Origin: Planctomycetota bacterium
GTDB lineage: Bacteria > Planctomycetota > SZUA-567 > H5-PLA8
Direction of reading: 5' to 3'
Length of the DNA stretch: 64,000 bases
NCBI GenBank assembly: GCA_035308565.1
Contig: DATGGK010000241.1
Span: forward strand, 3,146-67,145
Position numbers and translations under genes: made by a program. The notes under the pieces are model-generated. The model searched no databases and had not been told where the DNA came from. It was given only the letters and a program-made list of their open reading frames with translations. Below, one piece after another: positions 1-8,974 of this stretch; positions within the stretch are counted from its first letter, which is position 1, and each line of letters starts with the position of its first letter.

Positions 1-2136
1 GGCACGTCGCCCAGCACTCTCCCCCATATCGCCGGTGTCGTTGATATCACTGCGGCGGCGGGGTCAGATTTGACCATTATTGGGGCAACGGGCAAAAACC
101 TGTTATTCACCCTCCAAAGCGGACAATCATTCAACATTAACACCGGCAAGTTCACCGTCGCCGGCGATACGGGCAACACGTCGGTGGCTGGGACGCTGAC
201 CAGCAGCGGGCTATTGACGGCCAGCACTGGCGAGACGATCACGGCGGGGGGATTGACCGTTACCGCAGGCGATATTACTGCGTTGACGAGCGGCATCTCA
301 GCGGCGTCCTTGACAGCGACGGGGCTCGTAACCACGTCGGGGAATATTACCACGACGGGCGCGGGTTCAATTTCCTCAATTACAAGCGTTAGCGCAACAA
401 CTACCGTAACCGCAGGCACGGGACTTTCGGTGACGACGGGCAATGCAAATGTTATTGCAGGCGACGTTCAACTGAACAGTGTCACGCGAATCAACAACGC
501 TGGCGCGGCGACGCTGACGGGGTTGAGCGTGCTGGGCGCGACGACGATCAACGTGTCGGGCAACGCCGCCACAACCATCGGGAACGCGGGGGCGACGGTC
601 GATATCACTTCATCCGGCTGGAGCGTAACCGGTGCGGGCGTATTGACGGCTCATGGGTTGATCACGGGCACTCTCGGTGAAACTATCACGGGTGGCACGA
701 TCAACTTGAACGCAGACGGCGTGACGGCCAACGCGGTGAACATCGGTTCGGGCGGCTCGACCGGAGCGGTGACTATTGGCAATGCGACCAATTCCGTGGC
801 CTTGAACGCGCCGACGACGGTGACCGGGGCGTTGACGCAGACGGGCGGAAGCGTGGCGTTGAACACTGGCGCGGGGGCGAACACAGTTAAAATTAGCGCT
901 GACTCAAGCACCGGCGCGGTAACGATTGGGAACCAGGCGACTACGGTAGCGGTAAATGCGCCGACGACAGTCACCGGCACGCTTACGACGCCATACAACT
1001 CCTCACTTACAGTCCTTAGCCAGCCTGGCAATGCCATACCTGCCGGCAACGAGATGTTCGCAGCATCGACTACGATCAGCGGCGGCGACGGCGTGGGAAA
1101 CGCGACTGCAGGCCGCACGACACTCCGTGGCGCCTACAACGGTTCATCGGCAAGCGGAAATAACGTCCGCGTCACGGGATCGCTTAATGAATCGTCAACG
1201 TCTGGAACAGGTTTGGGGGCGGTTACGAACGAGCCGCAGGCAACCGGCGTAGTTGGATTAGCTGATTACGTTAAAGGGGGCGATGCCCAACCGACGGACT
1301 TCATCGTCGGCGTGCGTGGAGCAGCCTACACCTCGAGCAATAAGACAAACGGGCTTAATGTTGTTGGCGTAAATTTCGGCGGCAGTTATTTCCATTCGGT
1401 CGGCGGGTATTTCTTCCCGCAGGCTGGTGGTTCGGGCGATGTCAATTTGGGTTCTGTGTCCCAAGTGGGCGGCGCTGAAAATGCCGGTTGGAAAGATGCG
1501 GCGTTTCCCAATGGGACGAACGTCGCGGTCGTGGGTATCGCTTATGGTACGCCGTCCGCCACTAACTTGGCGGGGTACTTCGGAGGCAACGTAAATGTCA
1601 CCGGCGCGTTGACGGTCGGGAGTTTCACGGGCGGGGCGGGGTCGTTTACGACGTTGACTTCGACCGGTAATTCGACGATTGGCACGAGCTCGGCGGCGAC
1701 GACCAATAGTTTCGGCACGGGAGCAGCCAACACGGTGGCGGTGGCGAACACGATTGGTTCGACGTTCGCAGGCAGCACGAACGCGATCAATGGTGCGTCG
1801 ACGATCACGGGAAGCCTGGACTTCAACGGCGGTACGCCGGCAGCGGTGAAGAATATCTACACGCAAATTTCGACACCGGCCTATGCGGCTTCACTTGCCA
1901 TGCCTTTCGCAGAGAATTCCAGCCCGATTACTATCACCGGTGCAAGCGCTCTGAGCGCCGGCGACACTGTTGTTGTCGTTCCCGCTACGCTCACTCCCAC
2001 GCTTGGGCTCATTTATACCGGTTACGTCAGCAGTGCAACTGAAGTCACTGTTACCGTGGTGAATAACTCAGGCACAAACCCGCAATTAAACACAGCATTG
2101 CAGCAAAGCTTGCGGATAACGGTTTTCAAACACTAA
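1..2136 (+). CDS. Thr/Gly/Ala-rich repetitive surface protein (adhesin / tail-fibre-like), 5'-partial
   Basis: Frame +1 is open from base 1 to TAA at 2134-2136. The listed ORF 70..2136 starts only at a TTG, so the gene probably continues upstream of the window. It has low-complexity TGxxT / ITAGG repeats. Residues ~430-540 (VGGYFF..GSVSQVGG..AWKD..VAVVG..LAGYFGGNVNVTGALTVGSFTG) are paralogous to a block in the 2633..6802 protein. Confidence 0.75.
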   Translation, partial: GTSPSTLPHIAGVVDITAAAGSDLTIIGATGKNLLFTLQSGQSFNINTGKFTVAGDTGNTSVAGTLTSSGLLTASTGETITAGGLTVTAGDITALTSGISAASLTATGLVTTSGNITTTGAGSISSITSVSATTTVTAGTGLSVTTGNANVIAGDVQLNSVTRINNAGAATLTGLSVLGATTINVSGNAATTIGNAGATVDITSSGWSVTGAGVLTAHGLITGTLGETITGGTINLNADGVTANAVNIGSGGSTGAVTIGNATNSVALNAPTTVTGALTQTGGSVALNTGAGANTVKISADSSTGAVTIGNQATTVAVNAPTTVTGTLTTPYNSSLTVLSQPGNAIPAGNEMFAASTTISGGDGVGNATAGRTTLRGAYNGSSASGNNVRVTGSLNESSTSGTGLGAVTNEPQATGVVGLADYVKGGDAQPTDFIVGVRGAAYTSSNKTNGLNVVGVNFGGSYFHSVGGYFFPQAGGSGDVNLGSVSQVGGAENAGWKDAAFPNGTNVAVVGIAYGTPSATNLAGYFGGNVNVTGALTVGSFTGGAGSFTTLTSTGNSTIGTSSAATTNSFGTGAANTVAVANTIGSTFAGSTNAINGASTITGSLDFNGGTPAAVKNIYTQISTPAYAASLAMPFAENSSPITITGASALSAGDTVVVVPATLTPTLGLIYTGYVSSATEVTVTVVNNSGTNPQLNTALQQSLRITVFKH

Positions 2137-2214
2137 TTGTTTTCCGGCGCGCGATCGATGTGGTCGTGCGCCATTTTTATGCAGCGAATTTCGGTTCAAG
2201 CGTTTCAGGAGCGA

Positions 2215-2541
2215 ATGATGTCCAGGATTGCAGGTTTATTTTTCATCGCGCTGTTTTTGGCGCTTGTGGTTCCGAGTATTCGGGCGGAGGAGACTCCGAA
2301 GCCTGGCGAGACGGCGCCGCAGCCTAAGCCTGAGTTTTTGTTGATGCGGGATGGGAAGATGATGCACTCGAAGGACGGGAAGGAAACGGCGCTGGAGAAG
2401 GATATGACGTTTCCGAACGGGACGACGCTGTCGGTGGACGGGAAGGTTGTGTTTGCGGGCGGCCGGAAAAAGACGTTGAAGGATGGCGACAAGATGTACA
2501 TGGACGGGCGCGAAGAAGCGATGAACAATCCGCGGCCGTAG
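2215..2541 (+). CDS. small secreted protein with KDGK-M type repeats (MRDGKMMHSKDGKE...VDGKVVFAGGRKKTLKDGDKMYMDG)
   Basis: ATG at 2215 is preceded by AGGAG (2205-2209). There is a hydrophobic signal-like N-terminus (MMSRIAGLFFIALFLALVVPSIRA). I recognise this repeat style from small secreted proteins of unknown function. It lies between the two tail-fibre-like genes. Confidence 0.7.
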   Translation: MMSRIAGLFFIALFLALVVPSIRAEETPKPGETAPQPKPEFLLMRDGKMMHSKDGKETALEKDMTFPNGTTLSVDGKVVFAGGRKKTLKDGDKMYMDGREEAMNNPRP

Positions 2542-2561
2542 GTCAGGGGTCAGGGGTTAGG
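2541..2561 (+). repeat. heptamer microsatellite GGTCAGG-like (GGTCAGGGGTCAGGGGTTAGG) starting at the TAG stop
   Basis: Direct reading. The same TAG+GGGGTCAGGGG arrangement recurs at 8872-8894. Confidence 0.8.
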
Positions 2562-2632
2562 ATTTACACGCTTCTGATAGCGCGACAAGAAGGAACGAAT
2601 TTTACCGGGCTGGATTAGAGGACGTAACGCTC

Positions 2633-5600
2633 ATGAATACCACACGCATTCTGGCTGCACTCGCCATACTCCTGATTTCCGCCAGCGCCATGGGGGCGCA
2701 GACGGTGGTGGGGACGGACAGCGCCGCCACCGGCAATACCTTTGTTACGCGCGACGGCGGCGGCGGAGTGGCGGGGACGATCATCACGGCCACGACGCAG
2801 TTCAGCGGGCCGGCGACGGGGTTGACGGGGATTCCGGCGGGGCAACTCACGGGGCCATTGCCGGCGGGGACGACGGCGGCGGCGGGGACGTTGACCGGCA
2901 CTATTTTGGCATCGAATGTGGTGACTTCTTCGCTGACATCCGTTGGGACGTTGACGAATCTGAGCGTAACCAACCCGATTTCGGGGAGCGTCACGGGCAG
3001 CGCGGCGAGCTTCACGGGGAGCTTGGCGGGGGATGTGACAGGGACTCAAGGGGCGACCGTTGTAAGCCATGTTTCTGACGGTGCTTTGTCGAGCAATGTG
3101 GCGCTGCTTGGCGCGGCTAACGTCTTCACCGGCGCGACAAACTCGTTTAATGGCGGTGTGGTAAACATTGGAACGGCGGGCCATCCGGGGCAATTGGATA
3201 TTTACCCAAATGTCGCGAGTAACGGGCGATTGCAGTTTACGGTTCAGAACGGTTTGGCGGATACAGTCACGCAGGTTTACCTTAAGCCGCAAGCGGTTTC
3301 GCAATCGTACGGGATTCCGGACGCCGGCGCGCCGGCGGATTTTGCGATGACCGCGGGCGACCAGACGATTGGCGGAAACAAGACGTTCAGCAACACGATT
3401 CTGGGGAGCATCAACGGGAATGCGGCGACGGCGACGAAACTTCAGACGGCGCGGACGATCAACGGCGTGTCGTTTGACGGCACGGGAAACATCACGGTTA
3501 CGGCGGCGGCGGGGACGCTTACCGGCGGGACTTTGGCGAGCAATGTGTTGGCATCTTCGCTGACATCGGTTGGAACTTTGGCGAATTTAACGGTGACGAA
3601 CCCGATTTCGGGGAGCATTACTGGCAACGCGGCGACGGTGACGACGAATGCAAATTTGACGGGGCCGGTGACTTCGACGGGGAATACGACGGCGATTGCG
3701 AACAATGCGCTTTCGGAAACGATGGTCAGCGGGTTGACGACGGACCTTTCGGGCAAACAGCCGTTGAACGCCAATCTGACTGGCCTTTCAACACCCGCGT
3801 TGGCGGATGCGTCCACGGGCCTTGTTGCCAAAACGGCGACAGGCGGGGCGTTTACAACGCGCACGATCACGGGGACAGGCAGCCAGATTGATGTGGCGAA
3901 TGGCGATGGCGTCGGCAGCAATCCGACGCTGAGCATTTCAACGTCATACGCCGGACAGGCGAGCATCGTGACGCTTGGGACGATTACCAGTGGGATTTGG
4001 AACGCGGGGGCGGTGACATCGAGCGGGGCGATTACGAGCACGGGCGGCAACGTGGGCATTACCTCGCCTGGGACGAATAATGGGTTGAAGGTAACTGTCA
4101 CGAACACGACGGCAGACGACACTGCTGGCACGACGGTTAAATACGATCTGCTTAACAATGGCGGAACGCCGGTGTTTAAGGTGACTGCGGCGGGCGCGTT
4201 GACGGCTTCGAGCATTAGCACCACGGGCGGCTTGACGGTCAGCGATTTGACGGTGAATGGGAATACGATTTTGGGAACTGGAGGCGGTAATTCGATCACG
4301 TTCAATGCCAAGGCGGCGAGCAATTTGGACATGGGGACGAAGGCGATTACGAACATTGGGACTGGCGCTTCGGCGTTTACGGCGTCGGGCGGGTTGACGC
4401 TGAACGATGTGCTGACGGCAACGAACAGTGTGGACGGGGACACACAATTTGCGGGGCACTTCATTGGAAACAGCAGCAACCCCGGTGCGCCTGCGAACTA
4501 CACGTCTGCCGTTGTAAGGGTGGAGAACAACATCACGGGCGCAGGAAATGCCAACAGCCAGCCGAGCGCCGGATGGTTTTCGACGACGCAAGGGAGCAAC
4601 GGCGTCGCCGGCGGGGCACCGGTTGGCGTGTATGCGGAGACGAATACGTCAACAGTTGGGACGCAAGCGATCGGTTCGTTTAATCATGGTTCGACACATG
4701 CAGCGTCAAGCAATACGGCGGCCGTGGGAAGCTTTTCGTTGGCACAAGCTTATGTGGCAGGAACGGGAAAAATCGAAGGTGCGGCAGGCTGGGCCGATAA
4801 CGTCGGTGCTGGAAGTCTGAATTTGATTGGCGTGATTGGCGGCACGAATCCATTTGGAACGGGCTTAACAGCACCAATAAGCGTTGGTGGGTATTTTATT
4901 GGACAGACTGCAACAACACGGTTTGGATCTGTTGGACAAGTGGGTGGGTTCATTCATGACGCATGGAAAGACCCAGCACTGACAGGCAAGAGCGTTGCAG
5001 TGGTGGGGATGGATTACAATACATCGGGAACGCATCTGGCCGGATATTTTGGCGGGGATGTGACGGCAACGGGGACGCTGACGGCGGGGAGTTTCAGCGG
5101 TGCGGGCACTAACCTGACGGGGACCGCGGCGGGGCTGAGCATTGGGGGGAATGCTTCGACGGCGACGAAACTGGCGACGGCGCACACGATCAACACTGTG
5201 GCATTTGACGGCACTTCGGACATTGTGGTTACCGCGAATGCAAACACTTTGACGGGAACCGCGCTGCCTGCGCTGAGTGGCGCAGCCTTGACGAATTTGA
5301 CGGCGGCGAATATCAGCGCGGGTACTGCGCCGATCAGCATTAGCGGGACTGCCGCGACGGTGACGACGAATGCGAATTTGACGGGGGATGTGACGTCGGT
5401 CGGGAACGCGACGACGGTTGTCACAGTTGGCGGCTCGACGGCGGCACTCGTTCATTCGGCGGAGTTGGCGGCGAACGCGGCGACGAGCGCTGACACGGCC
5501 AGCACGATTGTGAAGCGTGATGCGTCGGGGAACTTCAGCGCGGGGGCGGTGACGGCGACCGGAAGCAGCGTCAGCATTGGGACGAGCGGCGCAACGACCG

Positions 5601-6802
5601 GCGCGCTAGTGCTGAACAACAGCGGTAATGCCTTCTCGACTACGGTGCAGCCCTCGACGGTTGGGGCGGCGCCGATTACGTTCACGCTACCGCCCGATAC
5701 TGGCGCGCCGAATCAATTCCTGGTTACGAACGGCGCGGGAATACTTAGTTGGATTACGTCAAACCCCTCGTCGGTCACCGCGACGGGGACGGCGGGCGGA
5801 GACTTGGCGGGGACTTACCCCAACCCGACGATTAACCCTGCTTCTTCCACGGGCAATAACATCATTGCCGCAGTGAATTTGGGGACGGCGGGGATCAAGA
5901 CGAATTCGATAACGGCGCAAACGGGGAGCGATTTGACGATTCAAGGCGCGCAGGCGGGGACGAGCCTTGTGCTGCGCAATTCCGATGGCAGCATTGCATT
6001 GGGAAATACGACGCATAGCAATCAGGGGAATGCGGTGCAGGTCGATGTGGCGAATGTGGGAGAAACGGATACGCCAAATCCTGGCGGCGAGATAAATCAG
6101 GGCGTCAATGTATTTGGAGAAACCAAAGGCGGTGCAACGCTGGCAATTTCGCTTCGCGGAAGGCTTGAGGCGAAGAATAGCGTCACATCGATGCGCGGAG
6201 TGGGCGGCAATTCGGTGATTAGCGCCGGCGGGTCAGTGTTGTCGAGTGCGACGGGCGGATATTTTAACGGTGCATTAAAGGGTGGATCGCTGGCGGCAAA
6301 TGCAATTATAACGGGAGTTTCGGCGGATGCGGAATTTGATAGCGGAACCAGCGCATCTTCAAATCAGTTCATTGGCGGCAGGTTCGGCGCAACTACTACG
6401 AACGCGTCGCCAGCGATTGGCGCGTTTGCTGCGGCGAGCGGTTCAACGCAAAGCAATACCGGCGTGGTGGGGCTTGTCAACGATCCCAGCTTGATAAACA
6501 TTGCGACGTTTTCGTTCACTTTACCCGCCGGCTTCAGTTCGGGGGTCACGGGATTTAATCCGAGTACGGCTGCGAACCAGTACGCTGGATATTTCAAGGG
6601 GAATGTGAATGTGACTAACCAAGTCAGTGCTGCGACTGTCAAAGTCGGCAGCGCGACTGTCTATAGTGGCGCGGGCGACCCAAATAATTCGGTGACGGGA
6701 AATCCGGGCGATATGTATTTGAATACGTCTGGCGGTGCTTTGACGACGCTCTACATCAAAGAATCCGGTTCTGGCACTAACACCGGATGGGTTGGGAAAT
6801 AG
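2633..6802 (+). CDS. 1389-aa secreted repetitive surface protein with phage-tail-fibre-type repeats
   Basis: Signal peptide MNTTRILAALAILLISASAMGAQ. Two copies of the tail-fibre repeat signature: NAATATKLQTARTINGVSFDGTGNITVTA (near nt 3416) and NASTATKLATAHTINTVAFDGTSDIVVTA (near nt 5165). Repeated modules GTLTGxxLASNVxxSSLTSVGTLxNLxVTNPISGSxTG. The C-terminal end is GDMYLNTSGGALTTLYIKESGSGTNTGWVGK. Confidence 0.85.
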   Translation: MNTTRILAALAILLISASAMGAQTVVGTDSAATGNTFVTRDGGGGVAGTIITATTQFSGPATGLTGIPAGQLTGPLPAGTTAAAGTLTGTILASNVVTSSLTSVGTLTNLSVTNPISGSVTGSAASFTGSLAGDVTGTQGATVVSHVSDGALSSNVALLGAANVFTGATNSFNGGVVNIGTAGHPGQLDIYPNVASNGRLQFTVQNGLADTVTQVYLKPQAVSQSYGIPDAGAPADFAMTAGDQTIGGNKTFSNTILGSINGNAATATKLQTARTINGVSFDGTGNITVTAAAGTLTGGTLASNVLASSLTSVGTLANLTVTNPISGSITGNAATVTTNANLTGPVTSTGNTTAIANNALSETMVSGLTTDLSGKQPLNANLTGLSTPALADASTGLVAKTATGGAFTTRTITGTGSQIDVANGDGVGSNPTLSISTSYAGQASIVTLGTITSGIWNAGAVTSSGAITSTGGNVGITSPGTNNGLKVTVTNTTADDTAGTTVKYDLLNNGGTPVFKVTAAGALTASSISTTGGLTVSDLTVNGNTILGTGGGNSITFNAKAASNLDMGTKAITNIGTGASAFTASGGLTLNDVLTATNSVDGDTQFAGHFIGNSSNPGAPANYTSAVVRVENNITGAGNANSQPSAGWFSTTQGSNGVAGGAPVGVYAETNTSTVGTQAIGSFNHGSTHAASSNTAAVGSFSLAQAYVAGTGKIEGAAGWADNVGAGSLNLIGVIGGTNPFGTGLTAPISVGGYFIGQTATTRFGSVGQVGGFIHDAWKDPALTGKSVAVVGMDYNTSGTHLAGYFGGDVTATGTLTAGSFSGAGTNLTGTAAGLSIGGNASTATKLATAHTINTVAFDGTSDIVVTANANTLTGTALPALSGAALTNLTAANISAGTAPISISGTAATVTTNANLTGDVTSVGNATTVVTVGGSTAALVHSAELAANAATSADTASTIVKRDASGNFSAGAVTATGSSVSIGTSGATTGALVLNNSGNAFSTTVQPSTVGAAPITFTLPPDTGAPNQFLVTNGAGILSWITSNPSSVTATGTAGGDLAGTYPNPTINPASSTGNNIIAAVNLGTAGIKTNSITAQTGSDLTIQGAQAGTSLVLRNSDGSIALGNTTHSNQGNAVQVDVANVGETDTPNPGGEINQGVNVFGETKGGATLAISLRGRLEAKNSVTSMRGVGGNSVISAGGSVLSSATGGYFNGALKGGSLAANAIITGVSADAEFDSGTSASSNQFIGGRFGATTTNASPAIGAFAAASGSTQSNTGVVGLVNDPSLINIATFSFTLPAGFSSGVTGFNPSTAANQYAGYFKGNVNVTNQVSAATVKVGSATVYSGAGDPNNSVTGNPGDMYLNTSGGALTTLYIKESGSGTNTGWVGK

Positions 6803-7033
6803 TCGTCGATGCTCGTCGTGCAACTTTTGCAGCCGTGCTCAAAAATCTACTGCTGAAGTGCGCGCATGGTGCAATTAATACAGCGTTTTCCCGTAAGGGT
6901 GTCTGAAAAGCCGCCGCATTAACACTTGGTGCAATTAATTAACGGCGAGTCGAAAGTTGATGGTCTAAATGCGCGCGTGGTGCAATTAATTTAACGTGCG
7001 GGAGCAAGGGCGGATGGAAAGCCAGAGGTCAGA

Positions 7034-7308
7034 GGTCAGTTAGCAGGCAGACAGGAATGTCTGCCCCGCCAATTACGCGCTTGGTGCAATTAATTTAGAG
7101 TATGAGGCGCGGGTTTTGTTTCGCCCTTTCAGGGCTTTGGGGCAATCGGGGGAACTAAACCCAGGCCTGCGCTGCGCTTTGGCTTGGGCTATCGTAGTTT
7201 GCCCCTTTGGGGCACGTACGGGGGTAGGGTTTATGGGTCGGTTAGCAGGCAGACAAGAATGCCTGCCCCACCATGAACGCTCTTGGTGCAATTAATATAG
7301 AGTATTGG
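7034..7308 (+). repeat. pair of ~74-bp direct repeats (7034-7107 and 7236-7308), each with a GGCAGAC..GTCTGCC-type hairpin plus one TGGTGCAATTAAT motif
   Basis: Manual alignment: GGTCAGTTAGCAGGCAGACAGGAATGTCTGCCCCGCC..CTTGGTGCAATTAATTTAGAGTATGAGG versus GGTCGGTTAGCAGGCAGACAAGAATGCCTGCCCCACC..CTTGGTGCAATTAATATAGAGTATTGG. Confidence 0.8.
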
Positions 7309-7352
7309 ACTTCTGCTATTGCCGCTCCCTTGCGGTCGCGGCTCGCAACACG

Positions 7353-7368
7353 TGGTGCAACTTTTGCA
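7353..7368 (+). promoter_or_regulatory. possible sigma-54 (-24/-12) promoter TGGTGCAACTTTTGCA
   Basis: GG and GC sit at the canonical spacing of the TGGCAC-N5-TTGCA consensus. The other motif copies lack the GG or the GC. No obvious gene follows for ~700 bp. Confidence 0.25.
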
Positions 7369-7496
7369 ACGAAAATGAATGCGAGAGGTTTTCCGCCTGA
7401 AGGCGGGACTACGAACGGGCACGCGTTGTGCAATTTTTGCAGAGGAGACTGGAGACGGGAGACCGGAGCCAAACGCGGAAAAAGCCTCATCTCCAA

Positions 7497-7664
7497 CAGG
7501 ATGTGCAACTTTTGCAACGGGAGATTGCCGCTTTACTGGCGTGCGCGACTCTGAGACGGGCTCGGAGAGCCGTCCTACTTTGAGCGCCCACAGGATGTGC
7601 AACTTTTGCAACGGGATTTTGCCACCTACTGGCGTGCGCGGCTCTGGAATCGAACGGCTCGGAG
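7497..7664 (+). repeat. pair of ~72-bp direct repeats (7497-7567 and 7591-7664)
   Basis: CAGGATGTGCAACTTTTGCAACGGGAgATTGCCgCtTTACTGGCGTGCGCGaCTCTGaGA..GGCTCGGAG is repeated with scattered substitutions. Confidence 0.8.
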
Positions 7665-8094
7665 GGTTCATTAGTTCGCCGCTTTGGGGCTTTCGGTGAA
7701 TTTCTCAATCGTATACCCAGGGGCTTCGCGGGTTACGCTGCGCCTTGGGCTTTCGAAGTTCGCGCCGTTGGCGCTGAAAAGTAAATTGATAACGTCCGAT
7801 CGAAAGGCGATTCTCGCGCGAGCACGGTGGGCGCGCGATTGATAGGACTTATAGGGGCTATGGGACCCATGGGCCAAAGGCAATGCGCGCGTTTGGGGCG
7901 ACGCCCGCAGCGGGAAGAAAATGGCAAAGTGAAAGGCCTTGGCATTTGCAATTCTGCCTATTGAAAAACATCTCAAAAAAGAGTAAAGTATGGTTCGTTG
8001 AAATTTTCAATTTGATGGGCGAAACAATGCAGGCGGGATGCCTGCGTCATACTTGAACGGAGCGGGAGCTCCGTTCTACTTTTGGAGAAGACAC

Positions 8095-8874
8095 ATGTCT
8101 AGGTACAGTGCGGCGATTATGGTGGCGAGCTTGATGTTTGTGGGCGGGGCTGGCTTCGCGGCGGAGGGCGACAAGGACAAGGACAAGCCCAAGCCGGCTG
8201 AGGCGCCTTTGGACGACGCGGCGGCGAAGAAGGCGTTTGAAGAGGATTACGAGGCGGGGTCTTCGGCGGCGGCGGACAAGAAGTGGGACGTGGCGGTGAA
8301 GAAATTGACCGACGCGCTCAAGGCGCTGGGCGAGCGCGCGCACGTGAACAAGTCCACGGCGACGGTGCTGCTGAGCAAGGCTCAGAAGGCGCTGTACAAG
8401 GACGACGCGATGAACACCGCCAACGAATTGAAGCGGCTCAAGCAGTGGGCGGAGGCCGAGGAGGCGTACCGGCTGGTGATCAACGTGACCGGCGAGACGG
8501 AGTCGCTGAAGAAGAGCATCGCGGACTGCCGCGTGGCGCTGGAGTTGGAAAGCCCCGAGCTGAAGAAGGCCAACGAGTTGTACAAGGCCAAGAAATGGCA
8601 GGAGTCGATCGACGCGTACAACACTGCGGCGGAGAAGCTGGGGACGCTGCGGCCGATCCGCGAGGGGTTGAACGACGCGAAGGTGAACATCGAGGCCGAG
8701 GGCTTGATGAAGAAGGCGACGGACGCGCTGATGAAGAAGGATTGGGAAGCGGCGTTCGACACGTACCAGAAGGTCGCGAAGATGATCGGCGAAAACGACG
8801 AAGTGAAGAAGGGCATCGCGGCGGCTCAGGCGGGGTACGCGGAAGAGCATAAGGGGGAGAAGAAGCAGCCGTAG
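8095..8874 (+). CDS. secreted helical-repeat (TPR-like) protein
   Basis: ATG at 8095 follows GGAG. Signal-like MSRYSAAIMVASLMFVGGAGFAA. Repeated K-K-W-x-E/A-A-x-x-x-Y helical hairpin pattern (KKWDVAVKKL, KQWAEAEEAY, KKWQESIDAY, KKDWEAAFDTY). Confidence 0.8.
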   Translation: MSRYSAAIMVASLMFVGGAGFAAEGDKDKDKPKPAEAPLDDAAAKKAFEEDYEAGSSAAADKKWDVAVKKLTDALKALGERAHVNKSTATVLLSKAQKALYKDDAMNTANELKRLKQWAEAEEAYRLVINVTGETESLKKSIADCRVALELESPELKKANELYKAKKWQESIDAYNTAAEKLGTLRPIREGLNDAKVNIEAEGLMKKATDALMKKDWEAAFDTYQKVAKMIGENDEVKKGIAAAQAGYAEEHKGEKKQP

Positions 8875-8894
8875 GGGCAGGGGTCAGGGGTCAG
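8874..8894 (+). repeat. heptamer microsatellite GGGGCAGGGGTCAGGGGTCAG abutting the TAG stop
   Basis: Direct reading. Confidence 0.8.
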
Positions 8895-8974
8895 AAACGA
8901 AAATGCTCCGGCGGGATCGGGTTCTTTGGGACTCGGTTGGCCGGAGTTTTTTATTGGGGGAGAACGGCGTAAAG

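Larger units (their letters stand above)
6818..7612 (+). repeat. array of 10 same-orientation GTGCAA-core motifs in ORF-free DNA
   Basis: TGGTGCAATTAAT occurs at 6867, 6927, 6978, 7082 and 7284. GTGCAA(C/T)TTTTGCA (imperfect palindrome TGCAA-N3-TTGCA) occurs at 6818, 7355 (within TGGTGCAACTTTTGCAAC 7353-7370), 7429, 7504 and 7598. Spacing is 49-203 bp. Translations across the copies fall in different frames. Confidence 0.85.

Noticed and set aside
6803-7700. Possible CRISPR array, given regularly recurring short repeats.
   Set aside because: The repeat core is only 13-17 nt. Spacing is irregular (49-203 bp). Two different variants occur, some spacers are themselves repeated, and there are no cas genes in the window.
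6803-8037. Small CxxC peptides (MCNFCNG...) or MVQLI mini-ORFs encoded by the repeated motif, read as RiPP-like precursors.
   Set aside because: The motif falls in different reading frames in different copies, and several putative peptides are only 5-8 codons long. No maturation enzymes are nearby. The conservation is at the DNA level, not the peptide level.
6803-8037. Chromosomal replication origin (iterated boxes plus an AT-rich stretch at ~7975-8020).
   Set aside because: The motif only loosely resembles a DnaA box (TGTGCAAT versus TGTGGATAA). No dnaA, dnaN or other origin-linked genes are adjacent. It is kept only as a remote alternative within the motif-array finding.
1-8037. Diversity-generating retroelement or prophage associated with the tail-fibre-like genes.
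   Set aside because: No reverse transcriptase was seen, and no template/variable repeat pair was noticed between the fibre C-termini and the downstream non-coding DNA. No capsid, terminase, portal or integrase genes occur in the window.
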